A DNA stretch of 64,000 nucleotides. Origin: Chthoniobacterales bacterium. GTDB taxonomy: Bacteria; Verrucomicrobiota; Verrucomicrobiia; Chthoniobacterales; JACTMZ01. Location of the stretch: NCBI GenBank assembly GCA_041736875.1, contig JBGSSV010000111.1:31-64030 (forward strand). The letters are read 5' to 3'. The notes under the pieces were generated by a model that saw only the letters and a program-made list of their open reading frames with translations, was not told where the DNA came from and searched no databases. Each line of letters starts with the position of its first letter. Position 1 is the first letter of the stretch. Made by a program: the position numbers and the translations under genes. This document shows, one piece after another, positions 22,334 through 29,800 of the stretch.

Positions 22334-22374
22334 GGGCGGAAATCCTAACGGAGCCCGGCTGGCTGGCAAGCTGG

Positions 22375-23298
22375 TTAGCGGGTCCCTCTGGGTGCCGGGG
22401 ACGGGGCTGGAGCGCTCTCCGGCTTTCCGACCAGCATCCGGCCGACAAACGTCCCGCCGAAGCCCTCCATCTTCGTGCGCACGTCGGTCATGGTCAGGGT
22501 TGTTTCATCGAGCAGGCCGTTAACTTTTTTCAGACTGGTATCGAGTTTGAGATTCACGTTGGTCACGGTTTTGGTCAGCTCGTCGGTGAGACCTTGGAGC
22601 CGGTCCAGGCTGACGTTGAGCGAGGTGAGGGCCTCGTCGATTTTGCCGTCCTCGCCGACTTGGAGTTTCAGGCTGGTGGTCACGCCTTCGACATTTTGCA
22701 GGGAAGCGGCGGCGGATGGAACAGCCTCTGCGAGTTCCTGCATGACCGACTTGGTGCGGCCTTTTTGCGGTTCGGTGAATTGACGGATCGTGGCGTCGAT
22801 CTGGTTTCCGAGCTTCACGTATTGCTCCATGATCGCGTTCATGTCGTTCTTGGGCTGCTCCTTCTGCAGCACGAGGGTGGGGGGCTGGCCGGCCTTGGGC
22901 TTGACCGCGGTGATGGCGTCCGGGGCGGATGAAAGGTCGAGGGTGATCGAACTCGGGGCGAGGGCCGACTGGACCACGCCCGCTTTGACGATTCCGATCG
23001 GGGCGAAGCGCCACTGGGCGAACGTGTCTTTAACGCCGGCGACGAGATGGAACTGCGCCTGGCCATCGGGCCCGAGCGAAGGCGTGACCTTGCGCACATT
23101 TCCGATCACGGCCCCGGCGCAACGGAGCTCCGAGCGGGGACCGAGACCCAGTAGGTCGTTCGAAGTAAAATGAATCTCCGAGGACTGACTCCAGACTCCC
23201 AGGCTGTCTTTGGTGATTTGAATGCCGATCCATGCACCCGCGATGGTCAACACGCAGAGCAGGACGACGATGGTTTGGATTTCGAGTTTCTTTTTCAA
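22375..23298 (-). CDS. mlaD: MlaD/MCE-family periplasmic component
   Basis: N-terminal TM helix IQTIVVLLCVLTIAGAWIGI. MCE-like segment SEIHFTSNDLLGLGPRSELRCAGAVIGNVRKVTPS...AQFHLVAGVKD. Long helical tail. The TTG start overlaps the mlaF stop (TTGA). Confidence 0.7.
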   Translation of the reverse strand: MKKKLEIQTIVVLLCVLTIAGAWIGIQITKDSLGVWSQSSEIHFTSNDLLGLGPRSELRCAGAVIGNVRKVTPSLGPDGQAQFHLVAGVKDTFAQWRFAPIGIVKAGVVQSALAPSSITLDLSSAPDAITAVKPKAGQPPTLVLQKEQPKNDMNAIMEQYVKLGNQIDATIRQFTEPQKGRTKSVMQELAEAVPSAAASLQNVEGVTTSLKLQVGEDGKIDEALTSLNVSLDRLQGLTDELTKTVTNVNLKLDTSLKKVNGLLDETTLTMTDVRTKMEGFGGTFVGRMLVGKPESAPAPSPAPRGTR

Positions 23299-23987
23299 TG
23301 GTTTCGGGTGGTGAAGGCTTGAAGGTGCTCATTTTGGGCCGCGTCCTCGCTGCGCACCAGCGTGTGTTCCGTGCCGTGGAGAAGGAGAATATGCGTGGCG
23401 ATGCGCCGGGCGAAGTCCAGATCCTGCGTGGCCACAACAATCCCGGTCAGGACCCCGGTTCGGACGAGGGTGACCAGAAGTTCCTCCACCAGAGCCTTCT
23501 TCGCGGGCGCCAAGGCGGCCACGGGCTCGTCGGCGATCAGGAGCCGGGTCCGGCCGGAGAGGGCCCGGGCCAGGGAGACGCAACGCTTGTCACCTTCGCT
23601 CAACTGATGGACCTCCTCGTTTTCGAGGTGTCCGCAGCCGACCAAGCGCATGCGCAGCCGGACCTTTTCCTGCAACTCTCCATCCAGGTCCAACCCGTGG
23701 ACGAGGAAAGGCAGGGCGATGTTCTCGAAGACGGTCATGTTGCGGATCAAGCCGGGGTGCTGAAAGACGACGCCCACCTCGGCCAGGGCGAGGTTCAGCT
23801 CGCGTCCGGCCACGTGCACCGAGCCCGGTGGGACCCGCAGGTGTCCGCTCAGGTGCGCGAGCAGGAGACTTTTGCCGGAGCCGTTGTCGCCGAGCACGGC
23901 CAGAATTTCGCCGGGCTGGACTTGAAAGGCCAGAGGCTCCCCGCCGAGGGAGAGACCTTGGACCGAGAGCGGCGGTGCCGTCTTCAT
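23295..23987 (-). CDS. mlaF: ABC transporter ATP-binding protein, MlaF-like with atypical motifs
   Basis: Walker A GDNGSGKS and Walker B LLIADEP are present. The signature is LSEGD (not LSGGQ), the D-loop is AALA, and the H-loop position reads VVATQD (Gln, not His). The ATG overlaps the mlaE stop (ATGA). Confidence 0.8.
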   Translation of the reverse strand: MKTAPPLSVQGLSLGGEPLAFQVQPGEILAVLGDNGSGKSLLLAHLSGHLRVPPGSVHVAGRELNLALAEVGVVFQHPGLIRNMTVFENIALPFLVHGLDLDGELQEKVRLRMRLVGCGHLENEEVHQLSEGDKRCVSLARALSGRTRLLIADEPVAALAPAKKALVEELLVTLVRTGVLTGIVVATQDLDFARRIATHILLLHGTEHTLVRSEDAAQNEHLQAFTTRNH

Positions 23988-24769
23988 TCAAGACTGAAGG
24001 CTGCGGTGAGCAGGCTGAGCAGGAGGTTGACGATCGTGGAGGAAAACACCGCGGTGGCCACCGCTGACGTGGTGATCTTGCCGACAAAGCCGCTCTCCGC
24101 CTTGGCCCCCATGAAGCCGAAAAAACCGGCGATGATCGACATGGCCGTCGCGGTGATGGCCAGTTTGGTCACGGTGAGCAACAAGGCTCCCGAGGTCACG
24201 CTCGAGGCGTAGGCCGAAATGAATTCCGTGAAACTCGTCCCGACCGCGATCCATGAAACCAGCCAAGCCCCGAGGCAGGCGGCATACACGCCGATGACCG
24301 CCAGCGAGGGGGCTGTAATGATGAGCGCGATGGCCCGCGGGGCGAAGATCATGTCCGCCGGATTCAAGCCCACTGCCTCCAGCGCATCGACTTCCTGCGA
24401 CACCCTCATGCTCGCGATGTCCGAGGTCAGCCCGACCACACCCTTCAGGACCACGAGATTGGCGATGGCGAAGGGGATGACAAATTGGATGAAGGCGCCG
24501 CCGAGATGCGGCAGCACCAAAGTTTGAAAGGCCTCCGGGCTGCCGGCATTGCCGATCACGCCATAGGCCGCCGCGAGGCCGTAGATGAAGGTCGTCAGGG
24601 CCGACGCTCCCGCCGTGCCTCCGAGGAAACCCAGCACCTGCCGCACCGTTTCGCGATCCACGACGGTGGTGCGCCCCGTCAGGACCCGCGGAATCACGCG
24701 CAAGCCGACGATCAGGATGGCTCCGAGCAGGCTCGTGATCGAATAGCGGGTTGTCCGCTCAAACGTCAT
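23984..24769 (-). CDS. mlaE: MlaE/YrbE-family ABC permease
   Basis: About 261 aa from ATG 24769 (M90 of ORF 23984..25036; alternative M82 at 24793). Polytopic, with LTSDIASMRVSQEVDALEAVGLNPADMIFAPRAIALII. Confidence 0.75.
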   Translation of the reverse strand: MTFERTTRYSITSLLGAILIVGLRVIPRVLTGRTTVVDRETVRQVLGFLGGTAGASALTTFIYGLAAAYGVIGNAGSPEAFQTLVLPHLGGAFIQFVIPFAIANLVVLKGVVGLTSDIASMRVSQEVDALEAVGLNPADMIFAPRAIALIITAPSLAVIGVYAACLGAWLVSWIAVGTSFTEFISAYASSVTSGALLLTVTKLAITATAMSIIAGFFGFMGAKAESGFVGKITTSAVATAVFSSTIVNLLLSLLTAAFSLE

Positions 24770-24806
24770 TGCTGTTGTCGCTTTGGCAGCCATACATTGG
24801 CGGCAG
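24770..24806. promoter_or_regulatory. very short divergent intergenic region between the mla-led operon and the DUF4071/SLOG operon
   Basis: mlaE ATG is at 24769. Rightward start candidates are TTG 24783, ATG 24807 and ATG 24831. No promoter boxes were recognised. The regulatory role is inferred only from divergent geometry. Confidence 0.3.
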
Positions 24807-26666
24807 ATGACGCACGGAACCGCCGCCACTATGCAAGTCAAATCGGATCGAGCCTGCGACAGCATTGACGCCGTCGCCGTGGCCGTGGACGCCCTGCGGG
24901 GGCGCCTGCAGAGCGGGGAAAAAATACCGCCGCGCGAACTGCGCGGAATCTGGGGTGAGCGCCTCCGCCCGTTCTGGCGGCTGAAGATCGACATGTATCG
25001 CGCCTTGTCCCGCCGGTTGCTCGAGCAAGGCGACAACTACCTGGCGAGCGAAGTAGCCGACGAGGGCGGGCAATTCTTCGGTGACGATGTGGCGTTGATT
25101 TTGACCCGCGCCCTGGCGACGGCGCGGAGCGGGGCGCCGCAGAGTGCACAGGCCTTTCTGCGGCAGAAGGAGGAGTTGCTGGACGAGGCCGACGAGGCCA
25201 AAAGTTTGCTGGCCCGCACCTTCAAGGATCTTTGGAAATCCTCGCGCGAGGAGCATTACCTGCAGGAGTCGTTCGACCTCTATCACCTCGACTACACGAC
25301 GACCAGGGGCGACCGGACCTTTCCGGGTGTGAACGCTGCCAGCATGGCGCTGTTTCTCGGTCGCCGCGACCTTGCCGGGCGCATCGCCGGGGAGGTGCTG
25401 GCCCTCTTGCGCGCCAAAGCCGACACCGCGAACTACTGGGATGAAGTCACCATCGCGGAGTGCCTGCTCGTCGCCGGCGAGATCGAGGCGGCCCGCTCGG
25501 CTTATGCCGGAGCGGCCAGCCGCGATCACGTCGCCCACGCCCACCTCGCGACCACCCGCGGCCAGGCCCGGCTCCTGCTCAGGCAACTTGAACGCGGCGA
25601 ATCCGAGTTCGATCCGTGTTTCCCGCTGCCCGGCGTCATTGCCTTCACGGGACACCGCATCGATGGGCCAGACCGGGCTGCGCCCCGGTTGCCCCACGAT
25701 ATGACCCCGGCCATCAAAGAGCGCATTCGCGAGGCCATCGCGAAATCCGGAGCCGGCTTCGGTTACGCGGCCGCGGCCAATGGCTCGGACATTCTCTTCC
25801 TCGAATGCATGCAGGAGGCCGGCCTCGAGACCTACATCCACCTTCCCCTGCCCGAGGAGGACTTCATCCGTGAGAGCGTTCTGAATCCCGCATTTCCCGA
25901 GTGGTTGGAGCGCTTTCGAAAAGTCACCGCCCACGCCACCGAATACACTTGCGCGACGCACGCCGGCCACGAGGCGCTTGATTTCGACTACGGCAACCGC
26001 CTCATGCTCGGCGCGGCGAGCCAGCGCGCACGCCAACTGGGCTCCGAACTGCATTTTCTCACCGTTTGGGATGGTGTCCCCGCAGCGCTCGGGAGCGGGG
26101 GCACGGCGGATTACGTCCGCGTGGCCCGAGAATTCGGCTGCGCGGTCGAGATCATCGACATCCCCGGGCCGCGGCCCGGGCAGCCGGAGGAGCAAACCGC
26201 GCCCGCGGCGGGCCAGGGCCAACTCCTCTCCATCCTCACGATTTTCCTCCGGCCCGACGAGAAGTCCGAGGCCAGGCTGGCCGACTTGGCCAGTGACGCC
26301 ATTCACAGCGAGGTCTCCGACACCCGTGTGCGCATCTTCTTCCGAAACCAAGCAGCCGCAGCGATGGCTGCTTGCGGGATCCGCCGACATCTGGCCGACG
26401 TCCTCACGGGCGCGTTGGGATTGCACGCCGGACCCGCCCGTCTCTCTACGCACCCCCTGACGGGCAAACAGATCGTGCGCGGCGCCCATGTTACCGTCTC
26501 CGATGAGCTGGCCGCCCTCACTCCTGCCGGTCTCATCTACGCCTCATCCGCCTTCGCCGCGCTGCTCGGTTTGGAGAGTTCCGGCGATGCCCGGAGCGAG
26601 TTCCTTGGTTATCGCGCGTTGACCAGCGGCGGTCGGCGGGAGCCTGTCTTTCAAATCCTCGGCTGA
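24807..26666 (+). CDS. DUF4071 (TRAF-binding-domain-like) - SLOG/YpsA-like Rossmann - degenerate class III cyclase-homology protein
   Basis: DUF4071 pattern: LLARTFKDLWKSS...FPGVNAASMALFLG...NYWDEVTIAECLLVAGEIEAA. SLOG/YpsA-like region: VIAFTGHRIDGP...IKERIREAIAKSGAGFGYAAAANGSDILFLECMQEAGLETYIHLPLP. CHD-like tail: ILTIFLRPDEKSE...RIFFRNQAAAAMA...LGLHAGPARL, which lacks both metal-binding Asp. The start is uncertain (24783, 24807 or 24831). Confidence 0.6.
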   Translation: MTHGTAATMQVKSDRACDSIDAVAVAVDALRGRLQSGEKIPPRELRGIWGERLRPFWRLKIDMYRALSRRLLEQGDNYLASEVADEGGQFFGDDVALILTRALATARSGAPQSAQAFLRQKEELLDEADEAKSLLARTFKDLWKSSREEHYLQESFDLYHLDYTTTRGDRTFPGVNAASMALFLGRRDLAGRIAGEVLALLRAKADTANYWDEVTIAECLLVAGEIEAARSAYAGAASRDHVAHAHLATTRGQARLLLRQLERGESEFDPCFPLPGVIAFTGHRIDGPDRAAPRLPHDMTPAIKERIREAIAKSGAGFGYAAAANGSDILFLECMQEAGLETYIHLPLPEEDFIRESVLNPAFPEWLERFRKVTAHATEYTCATHAGHEALDFDYGNRLMLGAASQRARQLGSELHFLTVWDGVPAALGSGGTADYVRVAREFGCAVEIIDIPGPRPGQPEEQTAPAAGQGQLLSILTIFLRPDEKSEARLADLASDAIHSEVSDTRVRIFFRNQAAAAMAACGIRRHLADVLTGALGLHAGPARLSTHPLTGKQIVRGAHVTVSDELAALTPAGLIYASSAFAALLGLESSGDARSEFLGYRALTSGGRREPVFQILG

Positions 26667-26857
26667 CCGTTTGAGTGTCAGGAGCGGCCGGGGTCGGACG
26701 CTCTTTCCGCCGTGCCCGCCCGAGATCGGTCCGCCAAAAACAGGGGGGCATCGCACCGCGGGCAAGACGCAGAAATCCCCTTTTTGGCTCGTCTCGTCGG
26801 GGTGACTCTGCGCTACTGGCCGCCTTCGGCCTGCCGAATTCCCGGCCAACTCTGTTG

Positions 26858-29800
26858 ATGAACATGCCCGCCATCGAAGGAGTCAGCGCGCAGCGGTTGG
26901 AGGATTTCCACCGGCGGCATCGGAATGCGCTCGTCGTCATTGTCTTCACCGACATGGTGGGCTCGACGGATCTGAAGCAGCGTCTGGGTGACGAGGCCGC
27001 GGTTCGGCTGATTGCCGAGCATCATGCGCTGCTGCGGGAAGTCCTGGCCGGGGAACGCGACGGGGAGGAGATTAGCACGAACGGGGATTCGTTTCTCCTC
27101 GCGCTGTCGCGCCCGTCCAGCGCCGTGCGTTTCGCCCTGCGGGCCCAGGCGAGGATGCGGGAATTTTCCCGGCGCTGCGGGGAAACCATCCGCGATCGTA
27201 TGGCCATCCACGTGGGCGAGGTTCTCGTCGAGGAAGGGTCATCCGACCTGCAAGGCATCCAGGTCGACACCTGTGCGAGGGTCATGTCCCTCGGGGGCGG
27301 CGATCAGATCTTGCTCACGCGCTTTGCCTTCGACAACGCGAGGCAGGCCTTGCGCGCGGGGGAGTTCGAGAATCTGGCGGAACTGCGCTGGCTCAGCCAC
27401 GGTCACTACTCGCTCCAGGGCTTGGAGGAGCCAGTGGAAATTTGCGAGGTCGGCGAGGAGGGTTTGGCGGTGCTGCAGGCTCCGCCGGACAGCGCCAAGG
27501 CACGGCGGGCCTTCCAGCCGGGGGACGAGCCGGTTCTCGGATGGCGTCCGGCGGTCGCTCAGGCTGTGCCGGGCACGGGCTGGATTCTCAAGGAAAAGTT
27601 GGGCGAGGGCGGCTTCGGGGAAGTTTGGTTGGCGCGGCACGCCAAGTTGGGAAAACAACAGGTCTTCAAGTTTTGCTTCCGCGCCGACCGTGCGCGGTCG
27701 CTCAAGCGCGAACTCACGCTCTTCCGCATCCTGCAGGAGCGGGCCGGCCATCACCCGAACATCGTCGGGATCAACGACGTCTATCTCGACGAGCCGCCGT
27801 TCTACCTCGGGATGGATTACGTGGATGGGGCCGATCTGACCGTATGGTGCGAGCAGCGCGGAGGAGCCTTGGCGGTTCCCCTTGAGACGCGGTTGGATCT
27901 CATCGCGCAGATCGCCGATGCGCTGCAGGCTGCCCATGACGCTGGGATTATCCACCGGGATGTGAAGCCCTCGAACATCCTCGTGGAGGAAAAAGCCGGG
28001 GCCCGGCCGCATGCGCGCTTGACCGACTTTGGCATCGGTCAGGTGACTTCGGACGACACGCTCAGCGGGGTCACCCGGCTGGGATTCACCATGACGATGA
28101 TGTCAACCGAGCCGACCGGGGCGGGCGGAACGCAGATTTACATGGCACCCGAGCTGCTGGCCGGGCGTCCCGCCTCGATCCGTTCCGACATCTACTCCCT
28201 GGGTGTGATCCTCTACCAATTGGTCATCGGCGATCTCCACCAACCCTTGACCACGGATTGGCGGACGCGGGTCCCAGATCCGTTGTTGCAGGAGGATCTG
28301 GCGCGTTGTTTTGCAGGCGATCCGGAGGAGCGCTTCGCCGGGGCGGCCCAGTTGGCCGAGGCCTTGCGGGCCATCGAGACCCGCCGGACCGAAGCTGAAG
28401 CCCGGGCACGGGAGCAGGCGGAACGTGAGCGGGCCGCCTACCGTCGAGGGTTGCTTCGCGCCACTGCGGCTGCCGTGGCGGTCATTCTGCTTGTGGCCGG
28501 TCTGGCCTTCTTGGCCCGCCGCGAAGGCATGCGGGCCGAGGCGAATTACCGGTCCGCGCAGAAGGTGGTCGATGACCTCATGTTGCTGACCAAGGGCATG
28601 GCAGGTGAGCAGGCCTCGCCGGCCGACTCACGGCTCATGCCGCAGGAATTGGCCGACTCGGCGGTGCAAAACTACCGCGACTTTCTCGCGCAGCGGCCGG
28701 ATGACGCCGCCCTGCGACTCAATCTCGCCAAAGTCTGCCGCAGCCGTGCGCTCATTTATGCCGCGAACGCGGGCGGCGACGATGAGCAGCGCCGGATCGC
28801 GCGGGAGTCGATGGACGAAAGCTTGGAGATCCTTAGGTCGCTGCTGGCGGCTGCCCCGCAAGACCCTGCGGTGCGCGAGGAACTGGCCAACGCCCTCGGC
28901 GGTGTGGCCTTGGATGGTCGCAACAATTTGGGGCGCGACGAGGAGGAGCGTGGACAGGCGGCGGCCGAGGCCTTGCAGGTGCGACGGGAGCTCGCGGCGG
29001 GTGCGCGCGATTCGTTCGCCATCCAACTGGCCCTGGCCGACTTGTTGCGGGACATTTCCCAGGCCGCCCCGGAGGGCGAGAGCGTCTCCCTCGTGACGGA
29101 AGAGGTCGTGACCCGCGGGAAGGCCTTGACCGTCAGCCCCGAGTCCCGGAGGTTCGAGGCGCTCATCGCTCTGAGCCTCGCGCGGGAAAGGCTCGCCGAC
29201 CTCTCGACCGAACCGGATCGGGCCCGGCACCTTCGCGAAGCATTCGAGGCTGTCGCCGATTCGCGGGAGCCGGATCACCACCGGCTGCCGTTGGTCCTCC
29301 GGCGGCTCGACCTCGCCACTCTCATCGCCTGGGAGGAGCGGCTGGCCGGCCGCGTGCCGGCCGCGGCCGAGTGGGCGGATCGGATCGAGCAGGAGTTGGC
29401 ACGATTGGCCGGGTGCGAAATTGATGCCGCCGGCCTGGCGGAGGCGCGCCGGAGCGAGGCGGAGGGACTCATCGAGCTGGCCCAGAGCAAGGCGCGGTTG
29501 CCTCCGCAGGAGGCCCTCGGTTTGCTGGCTCGTGCGATCAAGATCGAGGAAGGACTGGGCGGGTCCCAGAGCAACAGCTTCGACCCGGAAAGCTTGGATG
29601 CAGCTTGGGATGCGTGGATTCGTTTGGCGGTGGCTGCCGGCACTCCGGAGCGCGCGCTTGAGGCAGCCCGCTCCGCCTGCACCTTCTGGGGCGCCGTTTG
29701 GGGGGAGGATCCCTCGCGTGTCGCCGCCTCGTGGTTCCGCCTGGCCAACCTGCAGTCTGAACTGGGACGCCAGGAGGCCGCCGGGGAATCCCTGGCCGAG

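Noticed and set aside
20186-22348. 720-aa plus-strand ORF opposite the DUF4062-TPR gene. Also the 576-aa (24759..26489) and 831-aa (28628..31123) minus-strand ORFs opposite the SLOG-like and kinase genes.
   Set aside because: Same shadow-ORF reasoning. The opposite strands carry coherent domain architectures (DUF4062/TPR, DUF4071/SLOG, cyclase/kinase), whereas these translations show no motifs.
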